This document shows positions 47,562 to 55,703 of a stretch of DNA of 59,594 nucleotides, in pieces. The number at the start of each line of letters is the position of its first letter. Position 1 is the first letter of the stretch. A program made the translations under genes and the position numbers. Source of the stretch: an uncultured virus (IMG/VR IMGVR_UViG_3300044675_006217) (Duplodnaviria; Heunggongvirae; Uroviricota; Caudoviricetes); the IMG/VR virus record IMGVR_UViG_3300044675_006217, one strand, 5' to 3'. Below the pieces are notes generated by a model, which was not told the DNA's origin, ran no database searches, and saw only the letters and a program-made list of their open reading frames with translations.

Positions 47562-47638
47562 GGTCTTATAGCTCAGCAGGTTAGAGCAACGGTCTCATAA
47601 ACCGTAGGTCTCTGGTTCGAACCCAGGTGGGACCACCA
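47562..47638 (+). tRNA. tRNA-CAT (elongator Met or Ile2)
   Basis: Full cloverleaf; ACGGT-ctCATaa-ACCGT; encoded CCA. Confidence 0.9.
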
Positions 47639-47870
47639 CAAATGCTAAAAAAAAGAATGGTTATGAAAGTTTTGACAACTCTTGTAACCACCATTAATAT
47701 TGTTTTACATATATATAAATAAAAAATTATGTCTATTACCGAAATCATCGCAGCATCGACTCCGTGTCTACTTATCGTTTTTATAATTTACAAATACTTT
47801 CAACACAAAGCGTAATTTTTATGATGTTTATTATATTTATTAAAATAAATAAACGTTCAAGAATTTAAAA

Positions 47871-48044
47871 ATGAAACTTACGAAAGAACAAATTTTAGGA
47901 ATTGTCAGACACGGACTTACTTTTATTGGTGGTATATTAATTACTAAAGGTTTAATTGACGAATCTACCGCAACAGAAATCATTGGTGGTATTATAACAT
48001 TAGCAGGTACTATTTGGTCCATAATAGAGAAAAACAAATCATAA
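47871..48044 (+). CDS. putative small holin (57 aa, not in ORF track)
   Basis: MKLTKEQILGIVRHGLTFIGGILITKG...GTIWS, two TMs, Pam3-gp28-like pattern. Confidence 0.65.
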   Translation: MKLTKEQILGIVRHGLTFIGGILITKGLIDESTATEIIGGIITLAGTIWSIIEKNKS

Positions 48045-48072
48045 TTTTTTCTAAATTTTTCAATTCATTAAA

Positions 48073-48684
48073 ATGGACGGAATTTATCAATTAATTATTG
48101 CCTTCATATCGGGGGTATTGGGTCCCATATTACTTTTATATATCAAACATCTTTTGGATAAACAAAAGACAAAACCTGATATGGTTATGGACACATTACG
48201 AGTTAGTGAACTTGTAAATCAAAAAATAGAACATATAAAAGAAGAATTTGGTGCCGATAGAGTATGGGTTTCACAATTCCATAACGGAGGTAATTTTTAT
48301 CCAACAGGTAGGTCTATGGCTAAGTTTTCAATAGTTTATGAAACTGTTGGACCCAATACAAATTCCGTCCAAACAAATTTTAAAAACATACCTGTAAATC
48401 TTTTTTCAAAATCAATTAACGAACTTTACAATAATAACGTAATTGAAGTTCCTGATTTTAAAGATGAGAAAATCGCAACGTTTGGTTTAAAATATGTTGC
48501 TGAGGAATCTAACTGTAAATCTTCTTATTTATTTGCCATTAAAACAATAGAAGAAAAATTCATTGGGGTTCTCTCTGTCGACTTTACCAAAAGAAAAACC
48601 AGATTGGACATTGAATCAATTAACCATTTACAAAATCACGCAACCGCAATAGGTGGAGTTCTGATGACGTATCTTCAACAATGA
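48073..48684 (+). CDS. single-TM GAF-like domain protein (T4 holin T-like architecture)
   Basis: N-terminal TM; ADRVWVSQFHNG; FIGVLSVDF. Confidence 0.6.
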   Translation: MDGIYQLIIAFISGVLGPILLLYIKHLLDKQKTKPDMVMDTLRVSELVNQKIEHIKEEFGADRVWVSQFHNGGNFYPTGRSMAKFSIVYETVGPNTNSVQTNFKNIPVNLFSKSINELYNNNVIEVPDFKDEKIATFGLKYVAEESNCKSSYLFAIKTIEEKFIGVLSVDFTKRKTRLDIESINHLQNHATAIGGVLMTYLQQ

Positions 48685-49319
48685 TTAATTCTATATTTGA
48701 AAATATTATTGTTAATAAGTTAAAAAAAAACTTAATTAAGGAAGGTAAACTTGATATAGTTGTTAATGAAATATATCGAGATGTAATTTATCATTTCAAA
48801 CAAGAAGAAAATTTTACTAAAAACTATTATGTAGAAAGAGGTGATGATTACGCCGAATTTGATGTGGTGTGTAAATTCATTTATGATGAAGATTTTAATC
48901 ATCCATTTTCAATAAGTGCAGACGCTGAATTTGATATTATAGAAATTGAGATTACATATAGACCTCAAGACTTCCCTAAAGTAATGGTTGATTTTACAGC
49001 CGAATTAAAAGAAACATTAGTACATGAAGTGGAACATATCGGTCAAGATAATTTTGAGGATATGTACTACCCAAGTACTGAATACACCAACAACTTTGAA
49101 TACCTGACAAACCCACATGAAATACCTGCATATGTAAAAGGGTTAATTTCAAGAGCAAGATTCAAAAGAGTATCACTCGATGATGCCATGGAAGAATGGT
49201 TCAGAGAAAATATTTTAAAATTTGACAATCCAAAAAAAGAATGGCCGAAAGTCAAAAAGATTTGGTTGGGATATGCCAATCAAATGAGAGGTAAAAACAA
49301 AGTAAAAAAATTCAAATAA
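48681..49319 (+). CDS. HExxH zincin-like protein
   Basis: LVHEVEH...Y....EIPA motif. Confidence 0.6.
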   Translation: MINSIFENIIVNKLKKNLIKEGKLDIVVNEIYRDVIYHFKQEENFTKNYYVERGDDYAEFDVVCKFIYDEDFNHPFSISADAEFDIIEIEITYRPQDFPKVMVDFTAELKETLVHEVEHIGQDNFEDMYYPSTEYTNNFEYLTNPHEIPAYVKGLISRARFKRVSLDDAMEEWFRENILKFDNPKKEWPKVKKIWLGYANQMRGKNKVKKFK

Positions 49320-49375
49320 AGTTTGATTCTATGGTATTGTTTTTTTATTTTTGACATAAATAAACAATTAAACAA

Positions 49376-49783
49376 ATGAAAAGACTTTTTAAAAAAATCC
49401 ACATCAAGTATCTAAAATTTATGAGAGATGGGTTAAATCAAAAAAAACCTGATGACTTAACTTCCTATGAACAAAAGGCTATGTCAATATTTAGAAAAAT
49501 GTTAAGACATAAAGAATCTAAATTTACAATTGCTCCTTTATCTGGTAAAAAATATATTGTAAATCAAGAATTAGGTATATTCATTATGATTGAAGATTCT
49601 TTTTTAGAAATAACAAACCATATTTACCACTATGAAATAAAATTACAATATAGTAGCTCAACTAAATTGCACAAATTATTCAACACAAGAGTTGAAGAAG
49701 ATGCCATTTCATACGAAAAAGAAATTAAATCTAATATTAAAATGTCCTTGGATACTATATTAACAAAAGTCTCAACAAAATAA
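49376..49783 (+). CDS. hypothetical protein
   Basis: 135-aa ORF. Confidence 0.65.
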   Translation: MKRLFKKIHIKYLKFMRDGLNQKKPDDLTSYEQKAMSIFRKMLRHKESKFTIAPLSGKKYIVNQELGIFIMIEDSFLEITNHIYHYEIKLQYSSSTKLHKLFNTRVEEDAISYEKEIKSNIKMSLDTILTKVSTK

Positions 49784-50049
49784 TGAGAGAGAATGAAATT
49801 TATTCAAGATTGATTGTTGTCACATCACAAATGAGAGTTCATAGTTTTTTAGGATTTATGTGTCTTGTTTTATTTATTGTGGAACAAGTTATGCTTTTTC
49901 TAAATTTTATTAACTTTAATTTTTTATATATTTTAACATCGTCTTCTTTTACTTTGGGATTTTTTGAAAATAAAAAACTATTTGAAAATTATGTAGAAGA
50001 ATACGACAACCTACAAGAAGAACTAAAAGAATTATTTAACAAAAAATGA
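49783..50049 (+). CDS. membrane protein
   Basis: Two hydrophobic segments. Confidence 0.55.
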   Translation: MRENEIYSRLIVVTSQMRVHSFLGFMCLVLFIVEQVMLFLNFINFNFLYILTSSSFTLGFFENKKLFENYVEEYDNLQEELKELFNKK

Positions 50050-50282
50050 AAAAGTTAATTTACCTACTACCTTTATTTTTATTATTTTCTTGTGTCGAGG
50101 AAGATTTTAAATACAAAATAAAAGGAAAAATTTATTTACCAACATCAGGAACCAATCCTATGCATGATGCTATTTGGTATGCGGATTCCATATATTATAG
50201 AGAAGACACCTTAATTTATAAAAATAGTGATGGGAGCGAAACCAAAATAAATCCACCATATAAAGTTTATAAATTGAAATAA
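50046..50282 (+). CDS. putative lipoprotein
   Basis: LLFS-C lipobox. Confidence 0.65.
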   Translation: MKKLIYLLPLFLLFSCVEEDFKYKIKGKIYLPTSGTNPMHDAIWYADSIYYREDTLIYKNSDGSETKINPPYKVYKLK

Positions 50283-50292
50283 ACAAAAACAA

Positions 50293-50874
50293 ATGAAAAC
50301 ATATGAACAATTACCAATACCAAAAGATTCTGATTGGGATAGAAATACTTTATTAAGTAAATTACATTGGAGAATAAGATATTTTTTTACCGGTGTGAAA
50401 AACATTTTTAAATGGATGCCAACTATCTACCACGATAGAGATTGGGACGGCGACTTCATTTTAAAAATATTACAAAAGAAAATAGAGTTTCAAAGAAAAG
50501 AACTTGTAAGTGCTAATAGACATATGAATATCGATAGAGATAATAGAGATATGACTTTGGCTCTTAACTTACTTGAAAGAGTTAGAGAAGAACATTATCA
50601 ATTAGAATGTATGGATTACTGGAACGATGATATAAGTTTTGAGGATGTCCCAAATAAACCTGATTCAAAATCTATTGAAATTAAAACAACTGATGAAAGA
50701 TTTGACAATTATCTAAATAAATATCCTTCTTCAGTTCGCGTGGTTATTAAAAAACACGGAGTTATTGAAGATAAAAAAACTTTATGTTTAGAAGTATCTT
50801 ACTATAATCATAATAAAGCAAATAAACTTCTTTTCCGAATTTTAGAGGAAAGATTACCCTATTGGTGGGATTAA
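50293..50874 (+). CDS. hypothetical phage protein
   Basis: W.P.I..DRDWD motif and C-terminal WWD. Confidence 0.7.
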   Translation: MKTYEQLPIPKDSDWDRNTLLSKLHWRIRYFFTGVKNIFKWMPTIYHDRDWDGDFILKILQKKIEFQRKELVSANRHMNIDRDNRDMTLALNLLERVREEHYQLECMDYWNDDISFEDVPNKPDSKSIEIKTTDERFDNYLNKYPSSVRVVIKKHGVIEDKKTLCLEVSYYNHNKANKLLFRILEERLPYWWD

Positions 50875-50885
50875 AAAAAAAGTAT

Positions 50886-51065
50886 ATGGAAGACAAAAGA
50901 ATTTTACATGGACAGTTGATGTCTGAACACAGACGACTAACTAACGAAATTGCCGACATAAGAGCGGATGGTTTTGAACTAAACGAGGAACAAAAAAGAA
51001 CAATACAAGAATTGGAGTTCAAGTTAAAAAAAATTGCTGAAAAATTATATACCTTATATCAATAA
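50886..51065 (+). CDS. small coiled-coil protein
   Basis: ATG start inferred. Confidence 0.55.
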   Translation: MEDKRILHGQLMSEHRRLTNEIADIRADGFELNEEQKRTIQELEFKLKKIAEKLYTLYQ

Positions 51066-51074
51066 ATTAAAACC

Positions 51075-52085
51075 GTGAAAAATCCATCAGGAAAAAAATT
51101 AGAGAAACTTGTTTTTGGAATGTTTGACCAAATGATTGAAGGTGCAGACAAGTATGTTACAGAACAAGGTTCAACTTGGTTGATATTCACCAAAGAAAAA
51201 AAATGGGTGGTTGAATTTACAAACGATAAAACCTTATGGTTCAACTATAACCTATTTAAAAGTGAGTTGGAACTAATCGGTAAGGATTGCACTGAAGAAA
51301 GAGATTTTATTAAGAACTGGTTTGAATCAAGATTTTTGGGTATTAAACCTGTTGAAGACACCATCCAAAATGGGGTGAAGGACACCCAATGTGATGAACG
51401 CAGCTACCCAAAATGGGTTGAAGACACCATTCAAAATGGGGTAAGACACACCGGCTGTTCCAAAGTCAATCATTCAACGACCGTTGAAGACACCATTCAA
51501 AATGGTGTAAGACACACCGATTATTTCAATTATTCTAGTGACTTGGTTATTGAAGACACCATTCAAAATGGGGTGAAAGAAACAACACCTAGTGGTTATT
51601 TGGGTTCAATAGAGATGAAAGGTAAAATAGTTCATCAAATTGAATCTCCAAAACAAAATAATGAGGTTGAAGACGCTATTCAAAATGGGGTTAAGGACAC
51701 CCACTTCAATTTCCAGAGTGGTTTGATACAAGTTGAAGATGTCATTCAAAATGGGGTAAGACACACCAACCTTTCGGTAAAGGTGAAAGCGAACCAGGTT
51801 GAAGACACCATTCAAAATGGGGTAAGACAAACCAGTAAAAGACTTCAAAAACCGTTTCGGTCAATTAAAGATGCCATTCAAAATGGGGTAAAAGAGACCC
51901 GTTTTCAAAAGAGTAGTAATCTTTACCGTATTGAAGATACTAGAACACTATGGGGAAAAAGTGGTGACGAAGGAGTCGTTGAATACATCATTCAAGAGGG
52001 GGTTAAAGATATTATTGAAGACTCTTATCCACATAAACATAGAGTTGAAGGTGTAATTAAAAATACAGTTAAAGATGGGATTTGA
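51075..52085 (+). CDS. repeat protein: ~90-aa N-terminal domain plus (VEDTIQNGVRHT + 10 variable aa)n
   Basis: The ORF reads through the entire repeat-spacer array. Confidence 0.75.
   Translation: MKNPSGKKLEKLVFGMFDQMIEGADKYVTEQGSTWLIFTKEKKWVVEFTNDKTLWFNYNLFKSELELIGKDCTEERDFIKNWFESRFLGIKPVEDTIQNGVKDTQCDERSYPKWVEDTIQNGVRHTGCSKVNHSTTVEDTIQNGVRHTDYFNYSSDLVIEDTIQNGVKETTPSGYLGSIEMKGKIVHQIESPKQNNEVEDAIQNGVKDTHFNFQSGLIQVEDVIQNGVRHTNLSVKVKANQVEDTIQNGVRQTSKRLQKPFRSIKDAIQNGVKETRFQKSSNLYRIEDTRTLWGKSGDEGVVEYIIQEGVKDIIEDSYPHKHRVEGVIKNTVKDGI
51351..52079. repeat. CRISPR-like array, 36-nt repeats with unique 30-nt spacers, in frame within a CDS
   Basis: Consensus GTTGAAGACACCATTCAAAATGGGGTAAGACACACC at 51351, 51417, 51483, 51549, 51666, 51732, 51798 and 51864; degenerate copies at 51930, 51978 and 52044. 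Confidence 0.9.
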
Positions 52086-52380
52086 TAAAAAAATATTAGA
52101 GCTAAGTAGAACAATTTACCAAACATCTATCATGTGTCATAACGCTAAAGGTAACCCAACTAAGCAGATTGACAAGATAAGAGGGATGATTCGTGAGTTC
52201 ATCAGAACAGAAGTTGTTCCTTATGAGTTGACAAATTCAGAAAAATTAACTTTTATTTTAAAAAACGAATTAATAATCACAGAGGCTGTTGGTAAAGGTC
52301 ATAAAGCAAGTGACGGAGATGAATTTCAAAAGACAAGAGAAAAAATAAAAAAATATAGAAAAGAATTAAACATATTATGA
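52075..52380 (+). CDS. hypothetical protein
   Basis: Operon-packed ORF. Confidence 0.65.
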   Translation: MGFDKKILELSRTIYQTSIMCHNAKGNPTKQIDKIRGMIREFIRTEVVPYELTNSEKLTFILKNELIITEAVGKGHKASDGDEFQKTREKIKKYRKELNIL

Positions 52381-52595
52381 GCGAAGATAGAGTACCTTAT
52401 TTAAGGGAGGACATGAATGAAGACGAACAAAGACTTTGGGACAATACCTTAATGGATGGACTTCATGAGGTTGAAGGATACGAAACAATTCAAAAAATTA
52501 GAAATTACTACAATCGTCTTCACGACATTGACGGTAGACCACCATCCAAACAGGATTTTAATGAGTACCTTGATATATTAGAAAAAAATTTATAA
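52377..52595 (+). CDS. hypothetical protein
   Basis: WDNTLMDGL motif. Confidence 0.6.
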   Translation: MSEDRVPYLREDMNEDEQRLWDNTLMDGLHEVEGYETIQKIRNYYNRLHDIDGRPPSKQDFNEYLDILEKNL

Positions 52596-52605
52596 CTTTG
52601 TTATT

Positions 52606-52851
52606 ATGGGAAAAATAATAATAGAATTTGATTCGGTAGAAGAATCACAAGATGCAAGAGATGCTCTTGACGGTTATAAGTGGAAACTAGCAATGTGGGA
52701 CTTGGACCAAAAATTGAGAACCACAACCAAACATGGTTTTAAGTTTTATTCAAATGAAGAAGCATCTTCTGAAGAAATAGAAATATGTCAAAAAATTAGA
52801 GATGAAATAAGAGAAACACTTACTTCATATAATTTAAATATTGAAAGTTAA
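52606..52851 (+). CDS. hypothetical protein
   Basis: W.LAMWDLDQ.LR motif. Confidence 0.65.
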   Translation: MGKIIIEFDSVEESQDARDALDGYKWKLAMWDLDQKLRTTTKHGFKFYSNEEASSEEIEICQKIRDEIRETLTSYNLNIES

Positions 52852-52874
52852 AAATGGAAAATAATTAAAGAACA

Positions 52875-53066
52875 ATGACATTTGATACTTTAAAAGTAGG
52901 TGACAGAGTTAAAACTAGATACAGTGGTTGGGCTACAGTAACTCAAGTGGGTTGTTATAATGGAAAAATGATTAAGCTTAATTGTGATGAAAGAAAGTGG
53001 TGTTGTCCTTTCTTTTATGAAAGTGAATTAGATTTAAAACAAAAAGAAGATGAACAAACTAGATAA
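52875..53066 (+). CDS. small SH3/KOW-like protein
   Basis: LKVGDRVK. Confidence 0.55.
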   Translation: MTFDTLKVGDRVKTRYSGWATVTQVGCYNGKMIKLNCDERKWCCPFFYESELDLKQKEDEQTR

Positions 53067-53985
53067 ACAATACCAAGATTTACTCCAAACTATTTTAGAT
53101 TACGGAGTTGAAAAGAAAGACCGAACTGGTACAGGAACCAAAAGTATTTTTGGTTATACCATTCGTCATAACATGAAAGATGGATTTCCAGTTCTTACAA
53201 CCAAGAAGATGGCTTGGAAAACTATGGTGACTGAGTTATTATGGTTCCTTCGTGGTGACACAAACATTAAGTTCCTCGTTGATAATGGTTGTCATATTTG
53301 GGATGGTGATGCGTTCAAAAACTTTATGAATACGAGCGAAGGTGACCCTGATTTAATTTGGAACCAGGAACAATTCATTAACATGATTAAGACCGATGAT
53401 GAGTTTGCCAAGCAGTGGGGTTCACTCGGGCCGGTGTATGGAAAACAATGGAGAAGTTGGAGTGCTGGTGCTTTAGAGGATAAACATGGATTGGGAAATA
53501 TAGACCAAATCCAAAACCTAATTCGTGACCTTAAAACAAATCCGGACTCAAGACGATTAATGGTAAATGCTTGGAATGTTGGAGAATTGGACCAAATGAC
53601 TCTTCCACCTTGTCATTATGGATTTCAATGTTATGTCAGAGAGGGTAAATATCTTTCTTTAATGTGGAATCAACGTTCAGTAGATACGTTCTTAGGTTTA
53701 CCATTTAACATTGCGTCTTACGGATTATTACTTACAATCTTAGCAAAAGAAGTGAATATGATTCCTGACCAATTGATTGGAAACTTGGGTGATACTCACT
53801 TATACTTAAATCATATTGAACAAGCAAAAGAACAGATTGGTAGAGAACCATTTGAATTACCAACATTAAATCAGTTCCCAACTTATGAAGGGTCAAGACC
53901 AAGTATTGAATCTTATGTTGTAAGTGATTTCACATTAAAAGATTATCAATCTCACCCATCTATTAAAGCACTATTATCAAATTAA
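53050..53985 (+). CDS. thyA: thymidylate synthase
   Basis: DRTGTGT, ELLWFLRG, GPVYGKQWR, SRR, LPPCH, QRSVD.FLGLPFNIASY, GDTHLYLNH. Confidence 0.97.
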   Translation: MNKLDKQYQDLLQTILDYGVEKKDRTGTGTKSIFGYTIRHNMKDGFPVLTTKKMAWKTMVTELLWFLRGDTNIKFLVDNGCHIWDGDAFKNFMNTSEGDPDLIWNQEQFINMIKTDDEFAKQWGSLGPVYGKQWRSWSAGALEDKHGLGNIDQIQNLIRDLKTNPDSRRLMVNAWNVGELDQMTLPPCHYGFQCYVREGKYLSLMWNQRSVDTFLGLPFNIASYGLLLTILAKEVNMIPDQLIGNLGDTHLYLNHIEQAKEQIGREPFELPTLNQFPTYEGSRPSIESYVVSDFTLKDYQSHPSIKALLSN

Positions 53986-53989
53986 AATT

Positions 53990-54223
53990 ATGAATAGAGA
54001 CACATCGTGGGATGACCCACAATTATCAGACGGAGACTTTCCGTCAAATCAACCTAAGTTCAAAGTAGGTGATAAAGCAGTTAAAGTTAAAGGATATAAG
54101 TTTCCATGTACAATCGTATCAGTATTTCAAACCGTAGAAGGAAATACCAGAGTCGTTGGTGAAATGGATGAATATGGACTTCTTCACATCTTTAACGAAG
54201 ACCAATTAGAAAAAGCAAATTAA
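53990..54223 (+). CDS. DfrB/R67 type II dihydrofolate reductase-like SH3-fold protein
   Basis: FPSN..KF.VGD...K.KG......IV....T......E...G.LHIF....LE..N parallels R67; adjacent to thyA. Confidence 0.6.
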   Translation: MNRDTSWDDPQLSDGDFPSNQPKFKVGDKAVKVKGYKFPCTIVSVFQTVEGNTRVVGEMDEYGLLHIFNEDQLEKAN

Positions 54224-54255
54224 AAATAAAAAACTCAGAGCAATAAATATAATTT

Positions 54256-54453
54256 ATGAAATTATTGAAATATATTTTACTTTGGGTTTCGTCTAACTTA
54301 TCAATACCATTTTGGGTTGTTGGTCACGTTCATTTAACAATGAATGTATATAAAGATATTCATGAATTAATTGCATCTGTGGGTATGAATGTAATTGTGG
54401 CTATTGGGTTTTGGATAAGTTGGGTCGACTATAAAAATGAAAATAAAAAATAA
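54256..54453 (+). CDS. small membrane protein
   Basis: Two hydrophobic segments. Confidence 0.6.
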   Translation: MKLLKYILLWVSSNLSIPFWVVGHVHLTMNVYKDIHELIASVGMNVIVAIGFWISWVDYKNENKK

Positions 54454-54455
54454 AA

Positions 54456-54722
54456 ATGGAACAAGAAAAAAAAACTATAAAAAGAGCAGTTAATCCAACA
54501 AAAAACAAACAAAAAACGGATTATAAAAAAGTTAAAGACCAAGAAATAAATGATTGGGTATTAAGACAAGGTGAAGTTACACAAACAGTAATCAAATATC
54601 CAAAACAAGTTGGTTATTACAAAGTTGGTAAAAGTTTTCACATTTTTTTTGAAAAAAAACCAAATATAATTCACCGTTATTTTTCTAAATTACTTTTAGG
54701 TTGGACTTGGATTAATAACTAA
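54456..54722 (+). CDS. hypothetical protein
   Basis: 88-aa ORF. Confidence 0.6.
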   Translation: MEQEKKTIKRAVNPTKNKQKTDYKKVKDQEINDWVLRQGEVTQTVIKYPKQVGYYKVGKSFHIFFEKKPNIIHRYFSKLLLGWTWINN

Positions 54723-54724
54723 TA

Positions 54725-54751
54725 AAAAACCCCTCCGTTAAGAGGGGTTTT
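54725..54751. terminator. bidirectional terminator
   Basis: AAAACCCCTC/GAGGGGTTTT between convergent genes. Confidence 0.8.
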
Positions 54752-54756
54752 GTGTT

Positions 54757-55593
54757 TTACTTAAGTAAATTGTAGTATTCTTTAAAGTGTTTTATTCGGT
54801 CAGATAAACCTAATGTTCCACCATTTACTCTTTTTGTTACTGATGTAACTGTTGCATCATCAGCTCCTCTGTCACAAATTGCCCATAGTTTGTTTGAATC
54901 AAAGAAGAAGGCTGCAGATGCCAAAGGATATTTAGTTGCCACTAAATCAGGGTTTGAGACACAGTCCTCACCAATAAATTGTGTGAACTTTGTGTAGTTT
55001 GCTTTTCCTGTTAATTGGATATATCCTCTACCTCTAAACTTATAACCTTCTTTTGATGCTTCATCACCATTACCCATTCTATTACCATAAACACGAGATG
55101 CAATCTTCTCGGGTTGTTTTGCGTAAGACTCGTTAAGATTACCAGGAAAGTACTTACCAAAGATTTTTTTCAAACCATCCGCTGAGTAATTTAAGTTTTC
55201 ACTCACGGCCTTAAACCCTCCTGACTCATGACCACATTGTGATAGAAAATGTGCAAGTCTCAAGTTGTTTGTAATGTTGAATTTAGCTGCGGTTTCAGGT
55301 ATTTGTACCAACACTGCGTCAGGAATATGACCCTTCAACTTTTCAATGTTTAACGGTCCTCCTGAAGGTATAACCACATCTTCTTTAACTACAGTTGCAG
55401 TTGGAGTTGACTTACCAAATAGTTTAGCCCAAGTGGCATCACCTACAATACCATCATCTTTTAATCCATTTGCTTTTTGCCATGCTTTAACAGCCGCTTC
55501 AGTTTTAGGTCCGAAGGTTCCAATTGCCTCAACACCTAGTTTTTCTTGGAGTTTTTTTACGTCATCTCCTTTTGACCCATTTTTTAGTATCAT
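54757..55593 (-). CDS. modular endolysin: PG-binding domain + GH19 glycoside hydrolase
   Basis: G..V..LQ..L, FGPKTEAAVKAWQ..NGL..DGIVG..TW; HFLSQCGHES, ENLNYS, RGRGYIQLTG..NY, VNGG..GL.DR. Confidence 0.92.
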   Translation of the reverse strand: MILKNGSKGDDVKKLQEKLGVEAIGTFGPKTEAAVKAWQKANGLKDDGIVGDATWAKLFGKSTPTATVVKEDVVIPSGGPLNIEKLKGHIPDAVLVQIPETAAKFNITNNLRLAHFLSQCGHESGGFKAVSENLNYSADGLKKIFGKYFPGNLNESYAKQPEKIASRVYGNRMGNGDEASKEGYKFRGRGYIQLTGKANYTKFTQFIGEDCVSNPDLVATKYPLASAAFFFDSNKLWAICDRGADDATVTSVTKRVNGGTLGLSDRIKHFKEYYNLLK

Positions 55594-55703
55594 AATAATT
55601 AATTTTCCTATAAATACTATTTTAAAAATTAAAGTAAATAAAAAAATCAAAAAAAAATTGAATTATACCCTATTTGAAAATACTTATTAAAAAAAGGAAA
55701 ATT

